A DNA stretch of 64,000 nucleotides, from assembly GCA_046713235.1 (NCBI GenBank), contig JBKKBZ010000116.1, positions 2,742 through 66,741 on the forward strand. Direction: 5' to 3'. The stretch comes from Actinomycetota bacterium (GTDB lineage Bacteria > Actinomycetota > AC-67). This document shows, in pieces, positions 29,403 to 39,545 of this stretch; the stretch's first letter is position 1; each line of letters opens with the position of its first letter. The notes beneath the pieces were generated by a model. The model saw only the letters and a program-made list of their open reading frames with translations, made no database searches and was not told the origin of the DNA. A program made the position numbers and the translations under genes.

Positions 29403-30314
29403 CTCGAGGTAGCGCTCGGCGTCGATAGCCGCCTGACACCCCATGCCGGCAGCGGTCACGGCCTGGCGGTAGATGTGATCGACAACGTCGCCGCACGCAA
29501 AGACACCCTCCACGCTGGTCGCCATGCGCGGGTGCGCGACCCGGATGTATCCCTCCGCGTTCATCTCGAGCTGGCCTGCGAAAAGCGTGCTGTTGGGGTC
29601 GTGACCGATGGCCACGAAGAGACCCCCGGTCTCGAGGTCGGTGGTGTCGCCCGTTTTCACGTGCCGGAGCCGCAGCCGGTCGACTTTGCCGTTTCCCCCG
29701 AGGACGTCCTCGACAACGGTGTCCCAGATGAAATCGACCTTGGGGTTGGCAAAGGCGCGCTCCTGCATGATCTTCGATGCGCGTAGCTCGTGGCGCCGGT
29801 GCACTACGGTGACCTTGGTTGCAAACCGGGTTAGGAACACAGCCTCTTCGACGGCCGAGTCTCCCCCGCCGGCGACGACGAGCGGAACACCTCGGAAGAA
29901 GAAGCCGTCGCAGGTGGCGCAGGTCGAAACCCCGCGGCCCAGGTACTCGCGCTCGCCTGGAACACCCAGCATCCGGGCGCGCGCGCCCGTGGAGACGATG
30001 AGCGTTTTCCCTTCGTAGGTCGCGTCGCCCGACTCAACGACGAAGGGACGTGTCCCGAGATCCACCCGAGTGGCGTCGGCGGTGATGAACTTGGCACCAA
30101 ACCGCTCCGCCTGCGCGCGGAACTTTTCCATCAGCTCGGGGCCGAGTATGCCGTCGGGGAAGCCGGGATAGTTCTCTACCTCGGTCGTCAGCATCAGCTG
30201 TCCGAGGGGTGTGGCGCCCTCGATGACCAGCGGGTCGAGCTGCGCGCGGGCCGCGTACAGCGCGGCGGTGAGGCCGGCCGGCCCAGAGCCGACGATTATG
30301 ACGTTCTCGGACAT
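29388..30314 (-). CDS. trxB: Thioredoxin-disulfide reductase.
   Basis: FAD GSGPAG; redox CATCDGFF; NADPH GGGDSA. Confidence 0.95.
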   Translation of the reverse strand: MSENVIIVGSGPAGLTAALYAARAQLDPLVIEGATPLGQLMLTTEVENYPGFPDGILGPELMEKFRAQAERFGAKFITADATRVDLGTRPFVVESGDATYEGKTLIVSTGARARMLGVPGEREYLGRGVSTCATCDGFFFRGVPLVVAGGGDSAVEEAVFLTRFATKVTVVHRRHELRASKIMQERAFANPKVDFIWDTVVEDVLGGNGKVDRLRLRHVKTGDTTDLETGGLFVAIGHDPNSTLFAGQLEMNAEGYIRVAHPRMATSVEGVFACGDVVDHIYRQAVTAAGMGCQAAIDAERYLESLGH

Positions 30315-30388
30315 ACGAACCTCGCACGTGGGAAGGAAGTCCGAGGATTCTAACGCAGGGGCTTACCCGCCTCTTCCGTGATCCCGGC

Positions 30389-31177
30389 CTAGATCGGGCG
30401 TTGCGCCCAGTAGAGAGTGAAGCAATCCGACGGACGAAGGACCCAGACTTCGGCCCTCGTCGGGCTGCCCTTGGGCGCGACGAAGAAGAGCACGTAGGCT
30501 TCGCGACCTTCGAACGTCGCGACCTCGTAGCGCTGGGGATCAAGCGGCGCATCGGCTCCACGGACGACGTCCTCGGCGCATTCGAGCAGCCCGGGTGGAG
30601 CCGTTGTAAAGGCCGTCCCTGTTTCGTATTCACCCGAGGCGGGACTAGGTATTAGCGTGTCCTTCGAGGTGCTTCTTGCGGTTCCCCTCTCGGTGGACCC
30701 GTCCACGGCAACGGTGCCGAACGCGGCCAGCTCGGCCGAGGCTGAAGCCCGGTCGTAGGTGCGTCCGGCGAGCACGGTGACCTGCTGATCCGAGGCTCCG
30801 GAGGTGTTCTCCCGGAGTGCCGAGTTGCCTCCCTGTCGAGAGACGTCGCGCAGGCTGAGCAGTCCGATCGCCAGCAATCCGGCTGCCGCCGCACCGGCGG
30901 CCCATCCCCAGCGGCGGGTCGCTTTGCTGCGCGCGGGGGAGACGACCGCGAGGCGACGTGCCTCGGCGACCCGGTCGGTGATGAAGGCTGCGGAGACCTC
31001 ATCGAGCGCCACCGGCTCGAGGGAACGCAGGTCGCCGACCGTCGCCCGCAGCGCCTCCAGGGTGCGGCGGCACTCCGCGCACTCGGGGAGGTGATCGTCG
31101 ATGCCGGCGCGGTCGGCGGCGTCGAGCTCTCCGTCGAGATAGGCGGAGAGCAGGTCGAGCTGGTCGTGTTTACTCAT
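30389..31177 (-). CDS. Zinc-binding anti-sigma factor (RsmA / anti-SigM-like) with a TM segment and an extracytoplasmic domain.
   Basis: ZAS motif HLPECAECRR; a central TM helix; 4-nt spacing after sigM. Confidence 0.75.
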   Translation of the reverse strand: MSKHDQLDLLSAYLDGELDAADRAGIDDHLPECAECRRTLEALRATVGDLRSLEPVALDEVSAAFITDRVAEARRLAVVSPARSKATRRWGWAAGAAAAGLLAIGLLSLRDVSRQGGNSALRENTSGASDQQVTVLAGRTYDRASASAELAAFGTVAVDGSTERGTARSTSKDTLIPSPASGEYETGTAFTTAPPGLLECAEDVVRGADAPLDPQRYEVATFEGREAYVLFFVAPKGSPTRAEVWVLRPSDCFTLYWAQRPI

Positions 31178-31769
31178 CGGGTCTCGCCACCTTAGAGGGT
31201 TCTTCCTCCCCCTCGGGTTCCAAGTGCCCGAGAATACGTGCCAATTCGAGCCGGGCACGATGGAGGCGGCTCTTTACCGTCCCGATCGGAATTTTCAAGG
31301 CAAAGGCGACTTCGGAGTAGTCCAGGTCCTCGAGGTCGTGAAGAACGACGACTGCCCGGTGATCCGGGCTCAGCGAGGCGACGCCTCGGCGGACGGCTTG
31401 GGCGCGGTGCGCTGCCAGGGCCAGTTCCTCCGGCCCGGGGCCGGCATCGGCCGTCTCGGGAACGTCGTCGAGCGCAGCGTGGTCGCGCCGGCTGCGGCGG
31501 CGACCGAGGTCCACGGCTGCGTTCACGGCAAGCCGGTGAAGCCAGGTGGTCAGTTTCGCCTCGCCGCGGAACGACCCCAGCGAGCGATAGGCCGTCACGA
31601 ACACTTCCTGGGCCACGTCGAGGGCGTCCTCGTGACGCCCGCACACGCGAAGCGCCACCGCGTACACCCGCGTGCGGTGGCGGGAGACGATCTCATCGAA
31701 GGCGGCAGTTTCCCCGGCGAGATGCCGCCGGACCAGCTCGGGGTCGGTCGCGCGGGTGGGGTCGGTCAT
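31170..31769 (-). CDS. sigM: ECF RNA polymerase sigma factor (SigM-like by synteny).
   Basis: Sigma70 regions 2 and 4; adjacent anti-sigma, trxB, trxA, cwlM and murJ, as in mycobacteria. Confidence 0.85.
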   Translation of the reverse strand: MTDPTRATDPELVRRHLAGETAAFDEIVSRHRTRVYAVALRVCGRHEDALDVAQEVFVTAYRSLGSFRGEAKLTTWLHRLAVNAAVDLGRRRSRRDHAALDDVPETADAGPGPEELALAAHRAQAVRRGVASLSPDHRAVVVLHDLEDLDYSEVAFALKIPIGTVKSRLHRARLELARILGHLEPEGEEEPSKVARPDE

Positions 31770-31776
31770 CGACGCC

Positions 31777-32943
31777 TCAGCCGCCGTCGTTCACGTATAC
31801 CCGCTCGATGTGGGAGCCCACGAGCAGGCGGCGGGCCTCGATGCGCACGACGTCTCCCACGGCCACTCCCGGAACGTCGCCGACATCGACGGTTGCTTGC
31901 TGCATCGAGATTCGTCCGACGACGGGCGCCCGTCCGCCGCGTACCGTAACCGCGCGCGGGGACGAGCGACGGCCGGCGACGATCGCCGCGACGCGCAAGC
32001 CGGCTCGCGCCGCTTCCGACCAGGATTCGGTTCGGGCGGCAGGCTCGAGGCCGAATCCGTCGGCGTATCCGACCGGGATGGTGGCAACTCGCGTCGGCCG
32101 CCCGGCGCGCCACTCGCTCCCGTACCCGACACCTTCGCCGGTTGCGACCGTTCGCAGGCTGACGATGCGTGCGAACCAAGAGAACGGATCCTCCAGCGGC
32201 ATCGGTGCGCGAACGTGCGGAGGATCGAGACCGTATAGGAGCGTTCCCACGCGCACCATGTCGTAGCGCGCCTCCGGGTGGGCAATCGTCGCCGCGGAGT
32301 TTGCCGCATGGAGGATGGTCCGGGCGGCTCTCTTTCCCAGCGCCGTCCGGACGCGCTCGAAGGCCGCGATCTGAGGAGAGGCCGACGCGGTCCCGGCGGC
32401 CGCGAAGTGGGTCCAGATACCTTCGAGCGAAATGTGGTCATCCCCGGCCGCCCGGCCGGCAACGACCACCGCGTCGTTGGGCGAAACCCCCAGGCGTCCC
32501 ATTCCGGTGTTGACCTTCATGTGGACATGCGCGCGCTTCCCGCCGGCCTCGGCGGCAGCCGAGATGGGACCGAGATCTTCGGATGAGGCGACGCATAGGG
32601 TGAGGTCGAGGGCGATCGCGTCGCGGATCAGGTCTGCCGGAATCGGAGTGAGCAGCAGGACGGGCGTGGAGATCCCCGCTGTGCGGAGCTCGCGTGCCTC
32701 TTCCCATCGGGTGACCGCGAGCATGCGAGCCCCGGCGTCGGCCAACGTGCGCGCGACGGCAACGAGCCCGTGGCCGTAAGCGTTGGCCTTCACCACGGCG
32801 CACACGGGAACGCCGGCGTGTGCCGCAACGGCCGCAAAGTTGTTGCGTATGGCGTCGAGCGAGATCTCGATCCACGTGGACGCACCCCGGGGGATCCGCC
32901 CGGCATCACCGGGAGATCCAAGGTCAGTCGGCGAGCGAGCCAC
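31777..32943 (-). CDS. alr: Alanine racemase.
   Basis: PLP site AVVKANAYGHG; about 388 aa. Confidence 0.85.
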   Translation of the reverse strand: MARSPTDLGSPGDAGRIPRGASTWIEISLDAIRNNFAAVAAHAGVPVCAVVKANAYGHGLVAVARTLADAGARMLAVTRWEEARELRTAGISTPVLLLTPIPADLIRDAIALDLTLCVASSEDLGPISAAAEAGGKRAHVHMKVNTGMGRLGVSPNDAVVVAGRAAGDDHISLEGIWTHFAAAGTASASPQIAAFERVRTALGKRAARTILHAANSAATIAHPEARYDMVRVGTLLYGLDPPHVRAPMPLEDPFSWFARIVSLRTVATGEGVGYGSEWRAGRPTRVATIPVGYADGFGLEPAARTESWSEAARAGLRVAAIVAGRRSSPRAVTVRGGRAPVVGRISMQQATVDVGDVPGVAVGDVVRIEARRLLVGSHIERVYVNDGG

Positions 32944-34012
32944 CGCTGCCTCGCAGAGCCTTGAGCGCTCTCATTGCCACCGGCGCACCGTATCGCCATC
33001 CTCGGTACATCACCGAACGCAGCGGGAGGTCCAGCTCGCCGACGTACTCCACGTAGCGCGCGCCGAACCCGGCCTTGAACCGATTCAGCCCGGCAAGGTG
33101 CTCTTCGGTCGGCTTGCCGTTACGCATGGGCGACACCCCGCGAAAATCGTAGGTCTGAAAGCCTCGGTCGTGCGCCCAGCGGATCATCGTCCACTGGAGC
33201 AGATGATTCGGCATGACGTTGCGATCCCGGCTCGACGAGGCGCCGTAGGTATACGTCGCGCGAGACCCGAACGTGAGCAGCATCGCCCCGGCGATCGCGC
33301 GACCCTCGTACCGCGCGAGGAACATCGCGAGCCGGCCGGCCGGCGTCAGGACGTCGACCAGGCGCTCGAAGTACTCGCGGCCGCGAATGAGGAAATGGTC
33401 CCTGCGCGCCGTCTCGAGCAGCAGGTCGTAGAAGACCGGAAGTTCGTCTCGTCCGGCCTCGGAAACTTCCACTCCCTTTCGCTCGGCCAGCCGGATGTTG
33501 TACTTCCATTTCTTGTGGAACCCTTCGTGCACGCTGTCGATGCCGGGGGCGAGATCGAGGACCATGACCGCGCGCGGTTGTACGCCACCGAATCGTCCCG
33601 CCCCCGACGGACGAAAACCTGCGGCCGCCAGGGCACCCGCTTCCGCGATGCCCATCGGAATCGGAGGATCACACTTCAAGAGGATTGCCTTTCCCGCTCG
33701 CCGCTCGACCTCGGCAAGTATTGCCCCAAGAGCCTCTGGTTGCCGGTAATCGAGCACCGGGCCACGCGGACAGTACAGAATCGGAGGCGCCCCACGAACC
33801 GGTCTCGTTTCCAGAACCTGAGCCGCTGCGACGATCCCGTGGCCGCCTTGGACGAGGATCCGATGGGGGACCCAGCCGCCGGTGCGCTTGACCTCCCCCC
33901 AGGCGAAGGATTGGAGAACGTCGGCGAAGGGCGAGCGCGCAACGAAGTCGTCGTAGAGATCCCTCTCGTGCTCGCCGGCGATGCGGGGCCGCAAGGCCCC
34001 TGAGTCGATCAA
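32924..34012 (-). CDS. FemAB-family peptidoglycan bridge-formation (aminoacyl-tRNA-dependent transferase) protein.
   Basis: HKKWKYNIRLAERKGVEV and other FemAB/FemX conserved blocks. The likely TTG start overlaps the upstream stop. The first 70 aa of the track ORF are probably not translated. Confidence 0.7.
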   Translation of the reverse strand: MIDSGALRPRIAGEHERDLYDDFVARSPFADVLQSFAWGEVKRTGGWVPHRILVQGGHGIVAAAQVLETRPVRGAPPILYCPRGPVLDYRQPEALGAILAEVERRAGKAILLKCDPPIPMGIAEAGALAAAGFRPSGAGRFGGVQPRAVMVLDLAPGIDSVHEGFHKKWKYNIRLAERKGVEVSEAGRDELPVFYDLLLETARRDHFLIRGREYFERLVDVLTPAGRLAMFLARYEGRAIAGAMLLTFGSRATYTYGASSSRDRNVMPNHLLQWTMIRWAHDRGFQTYDFRGVSPMRNGKPTEEHLAGLNRFKAGFGARYVEYVGELDLPLRSVMYRGWRYGAPVAMRALKALRGSGGSLAD

Positions 34013-35397
34013 CCTGCCGCCTCGAATGTGATTTCGGCGACGGCGGCCTGGAACGGGAGGTTGCTTCCCGAGCCGGCGTTGGCAAGCTCCGTTATCCACA
34101 GCAGCCAGTAACGACCCTGGTTTTCCCCGGACGGCTTCACCGCGCCGTCGGAGCTGGCCGTAAACGACGCGACGACCCTGTAGTCGGCCGCAGACCCTCC
34201 GGCCGCGCCGGAGACTCGCCATTCACCACGCCAGCCGGCGATGGGGCTGCGCAGACGGATCGTATCGACGCGCACGTTGGCTCCGAGATCGAAGAGCAGG
34301 CCGACGCCGGGCTTGGAGCCGCCGAGGTTTGCCGACGCGTAGCCCACAGTCGTCCATGCGCTGGTGGCGTCACCGTCGAGAACCAGCGCTACCTTTTCGG
34401 GGTGTTCGCTGCCGTTTCCGGGATTCGGGTCGAAGTCCCGGACGGCTGCCACGGATAGCGCCCCCCGGGGCGAAGGGGAAGGGGATGCCGCGCCCTCGCG
34501 TCGCTGGGGAAGGAGCTTCGCAACGGTCAAGCCGGCGACGATCGCCCCGGCCGCGACGCCGAGGAACAACAAGAGCGCGAGCAACCACCGGCCCTCCGTT
34601 CGCAGGTAGCCCGGCTCCCGAGCGGCCGGCGGTGCCTTGGGGGCTGCGAACGGCTCGACTGCGTCGAGAAAGCTCGGCAGGTCCGAGTGCCCACCGAGAG
34701 CGCGTTCGACGGCCGAAGCGAGTTCCGCAGTCACCCCGCGCGATCCTGTCAGGGAGGTGCCCGGTGTGTTGGGCGGGCGGCCGGTGAGCATGTGGACGGT
34801 GAGAGCGGCCAGTGCCCGAAGGTCTGCCTCTGCCGGCTCCTTCGGATCGGGACCTGGGTACCCCTCCGGCTGTACCGGTGGATCGGCCGGCTCTCCTCGC
34901 GCTCCTCCGGCAAGCATCGCAACCTCCACCAGGCCGGGTCCGAGCAGCTTGGCTCGGCCTTCCTCGTCGAATGCCACCCAGGCCGGACCGATGGCGCCGT
35001 GCGTCCGCCCCGCTTGATGAAGGACCCGGAGCGCGGCCCCGACACTGGATGCCACCCGCGCCGCCTCGGCAACCGGGAGCGTGCCGTCGCGCAGCCGCTC
35101 GGCGAGCCGCCCGCCCGTCGGGTGCTCGGTGACCAGGTACGGCGGATCGTCGCCGCAGTCGTAGATCTGCACCAGACGCCGGTCGACGAGCTGGGCGTCC
35201 CGTGCGGCGATGCGCAGAAGCGCCTCGCGGGTCCCGGCATCGCCGGCAACATCGGGACCCAGCATGTGAACGAGCACCGGCCGGTTCAGGACGGTGTCGC
35301 GCGCCTCCCAAACCGGCCCGGCCGGCGCCGGCCACGCCAGACGTTCCACGCGGTAACGCCCCGCGATCACGGTGCCGGTTCGCACGACGTCTTTCAT
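34009..35397 (-). CDS. Membrane-anchored Ser/Thr-kinase-like pseudokinase with a C-terminal extracytoplasmic beta-sandwich (discoidin-like) domain. This is the MviN-associated pseudokinase, encoded here as a separate gene.
   Basis: Kinase-like fold lacking the catalytic Lys and the HRD motif. A central TM helix. The C-terminal domain resembles the carbohydrate-binding domain of mycobacterial MviN. Confidence 0.7.
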   Translation of the reverse strand: MKDVVRTGTVIAGRYRVERLAWPAPAGPVWEARDTVLNRPVLVHMLGPDVAGDAGTREALLRIAARDAQLVDRRLVQIYDCGDDPPYLVTEHPTGGRLAERLRDGTLPVAEAARVASSVGAALRVLHQAGRTHGAIGPAWVAFDEEGRAKLLGPGLVEVAMLAGGARGEPADPPVQPEGYPGPDPKEPAEADLRALAALTVHMLTGRPPNTPGTSLTGSRGVTAELASAVERALGGHSDLPSFLDAVEPFAAPKAPPAAREPGYLRTEGRWLLALLLFLGVAAGAIVAGLTVAKLLPQRREGAASPSPSPRGALSVAAVRDFDPNPGNGSEHPEKVALVLDGDATSAWTTVGYASANLGGSKPGVGLLFDLGANVRVDTIRLRSPIAGWRGEWRVSGAAGGSAADYRVVASFTASSDGAVKPSGENQGRYWLLWITELANAGSGSNLPFQAAVAEITFEAAG

Positions 35398-35444
35398 TTG
35401 GATAAACGCACCCTCCCAGCGCGGCGGGTAATGTCGAGAGACGG

Positions 35445-35834
35445 TCAGACGGAAAATGCTCGCGCGCTCGAACGCACCCTGACGAACCTCCTGAGTGGTC
35501 CGATTCGGTGAATGAAGAGGGTCTTGGCCTCCCTGGCTACGGTGACATTGACCCGCTCCTGGCCGCCTGCTCCTGCGTCGTCCGCAGAGAACCCGACGAG
35601 AACGGATCCCTCTCGGCGGACGATCTTCTCGGCTTCCGCACGTGCCGCCCGAACGTCGCGCGAATGCGCGAAAACGCCGACTGCCTCCTGGGCGGCGGTT
35701 CGGGAGGCGTTGTCCGCGCCGACGTTGGCGATCACGATTGCCGCGCCCTCAAAGAGCAGCACGCCGGCGACGGCCAGCCCGACGAATACCCGAAGGAACC
35801 ATCCGATGAGGATGCCGCCGCGCTCGCCGCTCAC
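35445..35834 (-). CDS. Hypothetical N-terminally anchored membrane protein, translationally coupled to murJ.
   Basis: The start codon overlaps the murJ stop. One N-terminal TM helix. No family assigned. Confidence 0.45.
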   Translation of the reverse strand: MSGERGGILIGWFLRVFVGLAVAGVLLFEGAAIVIANVGADNASRTAAQEAVGVFAHSRDVRAARAEAEKIVRREGSVLVGFSADDAGAGGQERVNVTVAREAKTLFIHRIGPLRRFVRVRSSARAFSV

Positions 35835-37513
35835 ACCCTCGATCCTCGCACGAAACGCGCGAGTACGGTGCGAACCAGGGGGCGCGACTCCTCCATGCGC
35901 AGCAGCACGGCAAGTCCGGCATAGACGGCGATCCCGGACGCCACACCCGCCGCAACCTCCAGCATCTGCCCGGAGAGCGCGGTCGTATCGACGGCATCGG
36001 CCACTGCGCGCGAAGCGGCCCAGGCCACCGCTCCGGTCGCGGCGGACGCACCGAGAATCTTGGCGTGGCTTACGGCCACCCGGCGCCCGTCGATGCCGCC
36101 CAGCTTGCGCCGGAGAATCGCACCACCGATCACCGCGGCCAGGAGGTACGACGCGGCGTGCCCCAGGGCGAGACCCGGGACGCCCAGCGCGGCAAACAGC
36201 GGGAAGTTGACCACGATGTTGAACGCGGTCGACCAGAAGTTGATCAGCCAGGGCGTCCTCGTATCCTGCCGGGCATAGAGCGCTCGCGTTTGCTGTTGAA
36301 ACACGGCGAAGCCACCGAGTCCGAGCGCCATGAACGCGAGCGTGTCGGCTAAGAGTTCCGTGGATCCCCGCGAGAACACCCCATGCTCGAGAAGGAGCCT
36401 GACGATGGGCGTGGCGAGGGCGACGAACCCGGCCGCGGCCGGCAGCACGACGAAGGAGGTCATGCGCGTGCCGGTGGAGAGGTCCCGGATGAAGCTCGTC
36501 CTGTCGCCCCGTACGTGATGCGCCGAGAGCGCCGGGATCAGGGCTGTGAAGACGCTAACCGCAAAGATGCCGTACGGCAGCTGATACAGCGCGTAGGCGC
36601 CTAGAAACGCCGTCACCCCGCCGTTCACTCGGTTCGCCAGGGCGAAAACCATCCAGAGCCCGACCTGATTGATCGCGACGAAGGCAAGCGAGTACTTGGC
36701 GAGATGCCCGACGCGGCGGACGGCGGGATGTCGCCACTCCCACGCACGGAAGCTGTACCGGCCGGGCAGTTGACGAATGTACGGCCACAAGATGAGCGTC
36801 ATCACGACGACCCCCAGCGTCGTCCCCCCTCCCAACAAGAGCTTGTCGGCCGTCGTCAGATCGGTGAGCTGGAGGATCCCTTCCGGGTTCTTGATCCGGA
36901 AGGCAACAAACGTGGCCGCGACGATCACGTTGTTCAAGACCGGAGCAAACATCGGCGGCGCGAAACGCCGGTGTGCCGTGAGGAGGCCCGTCAGCACGGC
37001 GCCTGCGGCGTAGAAGATCATTTGGGGCATCAACAGCCGCAGCAGAAACGCACCGATTTCGTTCTGCTGGGAGCGCAAAGGCTCGGGCGCGCGGAAGGTG
37101 TACATCCGGATAAGCCAGGGAGCGGCGAGCACCGTCACGACGACCAGTGCCGCGGCCGCCACCACCGCAAGATTGAGAATCGTTGAGGCCAGCCGCCAGG
37201 ACTCGTCACGGTCCCGCGTGGTGAGATACTCGACGAAGACCGGAACGAAAACGGTTGCGAGAATCTCTCCCAGGATCAGTTGGTACACGACGTTGGGTAG
37301 GTTGTTTGCCAGGTTGTACGTGTCGGGGACCTTCGATTCGACCCCTCCGATTGCCCAGGCCATCACCGAAAGCCGCACGAAGCCGGTCGCCCGGGACAGC
37401 GTGGTGCCGACGCTCATCACTGCGGTCGCCCTCGTTAGCGAGATTCCGGCGTGCAGGTCCGGGGCCTCCGGGGCGGCAGGCTCGGGCGCGGCCGGGCGAT
37501 CCGCTTCGCTCAC
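35831..37513 (-). CDS. murJ: Lipid II flippase MurJ (MviN).
   Basis: 560 aa, 14 TM segments; N-terminal conserved block TLSRATGFVR. Confidence 0.9.
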   Translation of the reverse strand: MSEADRPAAPEPAAPEAPDLHAGISLTRATAVMSVGTTLSRATGFVRLSVMAWAIGGVESKVPDTYNLANNLPNVVYQLILGEILATVFVPVFVEYLTTRDRDESWRLASTILNLAVVAAAALVVVTVLAAPWLIRMYTFRAPEPLRSQQNEIGAFLLRLLMPQMIFYAAGAVLTGLLTAHRRFAPPMFAPVLNNVIVAATFVAFRIKNPEGILQLTDLTTADKLLLGGGTTLGVVVMTLILWPYIRQLPGRYSFRAWEWRHPAVRRVGHLAKYSLAFVAINQVGLWMVFALANRVNGGVTAFLGAYALYQLPYGIFAVSVFTALIPALSAHHVRGDRTSFIRDLSTGTRMTSFVVLPAAAGFVALATPIVRLLLEHGVFSRGSTELLADTLAFMALGLGGFAVFQQQTRALYARQDTRTPWLINFWSTAFNIVVNFPLFAALGVPGLALGHAASYLLAAVIGGAILRRKLGGIDGRRVAVSHAKILGASAATGAVAWAASRAVADAVDTTALSGQMLEVAAGVASGIAVYAGLAVLLRMEESRPLVRTVLARFVRGSRV

Positions 37514-39504
37514 ACCGGGGCCCGGTTCCGCGAGCGGCTACGCAGCGCCCTGCGCATCCACGTGAGGAAGAGCGCAATCGCTCCGCCGAGGGTGATGATG
37601 AGCGTCACCGCACTAACGCGAGTCGAGCGCACGACCAGCTCGCTCTGCCCGACGGGGGCGCCGTCGAGGGTCTCCAATCGCACGACGACGGGGAAGGATC
37701 CGCTGACCCGTGTCTCTGCTTGGAACGTCATGGTGAAGACCCGCTGGGCCACCGTCACGTTGCGGCTCGCGCCTCTCGGGAAGCGCATTTTCGTCGAATC
37801 GAGCGTGACCCGCACGCGCACCGGTTGACCGGTGCCGTTGACGAGCGTGACCGGAATCTGAGCGATTCGCGATGTCAGGGTCACCCGGCGCTCCGGCACC
37901 CTGATCAAGTCCAGTGTGCGCTCGGCGCGCCCCCGTGCAGCACGTGCGAGGATCGAACCCCGAGAGGGATCGGCGATCCAGTCCGCGGACTGGGCCGCCA
38001 GGATGAGACGCTCCAGAAGCTCGACCGGCCTCTCGGGCTCGAGCACCCGTACGAGTGTGTCCACGGCCCGACGAGCCGCGCGAGCAGCAGACAGCGCCGG
38101 CCGGTCGGGGTCCGTGGAGCTGTCGAGAGCGAGTACCTTGTCGGTTGGGGGGAGCGCGGATGCGGCTTGGGTGGCGGTGAGAAGGCGGACCCATGGAGCG
38201 CCTGCCAGCGCGTCGAGAAGCGCGCCTGCTGCAGCCGAGTCGGGCGACGTCGGGGTGCCGACAACGAGCAATCGCTCGGAGGCAAGCGCCGGGAGCTCGA
38301 AGAACGAAGCGGCGGTCTCTGCCACCACGCCCTGCGCGGCCAGGACCGGATCGCGCCTGCTGCTCAATCGGTCGCGAATGGCGGGATCGACGACCAGGCC
38401 CGTCAGTCGAACCTGATTTCCGCCGGCTAGTGCTTGGGGGCGATCGAATCCGAAGTTCGTCAGGCTTTGGGGGAGGGACTCGGGCGCGATGGCCACCACC
38501 CGGGCACCAGTCGCGGCGATCGCGCCGGCCGAGCGCTTGTCGAGACGGAAATCCGGGGGCACGAACAGTCCCGGCGTGGCCGGGCGCCCGAGCAACCGCC
38601 GGATGCGCTCATCTTCGGAAGAGAGTTGCAGGCTCAGCTCGCTCTGCATCCGGTTCGACAGCAACCCGATGATGTCGGCGCGGGAATAGGTCGAAGAAGC
38701 CAGGTCGATTGCCGGCGACCCCACCGCGCGGCGGAGGGCGGCGAGCGCCCGACGCGCTCCCACCGCGGTCGGGTCGCCGGGATGCACGGCGCGCCTGCCG
38801 CCGGCCGGGTAGCCGTCCCCGGCGTCGTCGAGCTGGTCGAGCGTCAGTCCGGTCGGCGCGATCGTGACCGGAGCGCTGGGGCGGGAAGCAAGTGCCTCGA
38901 TCACCGCCCGGAGACCTGCTCCCGGCGCCAGGTGGCGCTCGATCGTTCCGGATGGGTAGACGCCGCGGGCATCGAATGCGGCCGGCAGATGAACCGGGTA
39001 GATCCACGCGACGTTCAGCCGGCTTGACGGCGGCGTGAAGAAGAACGGCACAGCCGTTGTCGCGTGGGCCAGGTCCCGGCCACCGGATATAAGGCGCACC
39101 GACACGGGATACACACCATCGCGGCCCTGGGCGCGAAACGTCCCGGCAAGGGTACCGAGATCCCGGGTCAGGGTTCGGACCCGGCGCTCCCCGGAGACGA
39201 GCGGTTCGACTTGGTCTGTCGTTACAACGAGAACATCACCCCCGGGGTTGCCGTCGAGGGCCGCACGAAGCTCCGATCGCGAGAAAACCCGGTTGTGCAC
39301 GGAGATTCTGATCGTGAGATCCTCGAGCGGGATGGATCCGGGGTTCGTGAGCGCGAACGTCACGCTCAGCAGGCGATCCTGACCGACGAAGGGGGAAACC
39401 CCCAGGAGCGTGAACCCGGGGTCCCGGTCTTGGGCAAGTCCGGATCCGGGAAGTGTCCCCAGGAGGAGTCCGAGCGCGAGGAGAGCGGCGCGTACGATCC
39501 GCAC
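37510..39504 (-). CDS. Large secreted, C-terminally anchored DUF6049-family protein (the Rv3909-like gene upstream of mviN).
   Basis: Signal peptide, a 600-aa extracytoplasmic region and a C-terminal TM helix. Overlaps the murJ start (GTGA). Confidence 0.65.
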   Translation of the reverse strand: MRIVRAALLALGLLLGTLPGSGLAQDRDPGFTLLGVSPFVGQDRLLSVTFALTNPGSIPLEDLTIRISVHNRVFSRSELRAALDGNPGGDVLVVTTDQVEPLVSGERRVRTLTRDLGTLAGTFRAQGRDGVYPVSVRLISGGRDLAHATTAVPFFFTPPSSRLNVAWIYPVHLPAAFDARGVYPSGTIERHLAPGAGLRAVIEALASRPSAPVTIAPTGLTLDQLDDAGDGYPAGGRRAVHPGDPTAVGARRALAALRRAVGSPAIDLASSTYSRADIIGLLSNRMQSELSLQLSSEDERIRRLLGRPATPGLFVPPDFRLDKRSAGAIAATGARVVAIAPESLPQSLTNFGFDRPQALAGGNQVRLTGLVVDPAIRDRLSSRRDPVLAAQGVVAETAASFFELPALASERLLVVGTPTSPDSAAAGALLDALAGAPWVRLLTATQAASALPPTDKVLALDSSTDPDRPALSAARAARRAVDTLVRVLEPERPVELLERLILAAQSADWIADPSRGSILARAARGRAERTLDLIRVPERRVTLTSRIAQIPVTLVNGTGQPVRVRVTLDSTKMRFPRGASRNVTVAQRVFTMTFQAETRVSGSFPVVVRLETLDGAPVGQSELVVRSTRVSAVTLIITLGGAIALFLTWMRRALRSRSRNRAPV

Positions 39505-39545
39505 GGCAGCGCGATGCTAGCATCCCGGACGGAAGGGGGAAGCCA

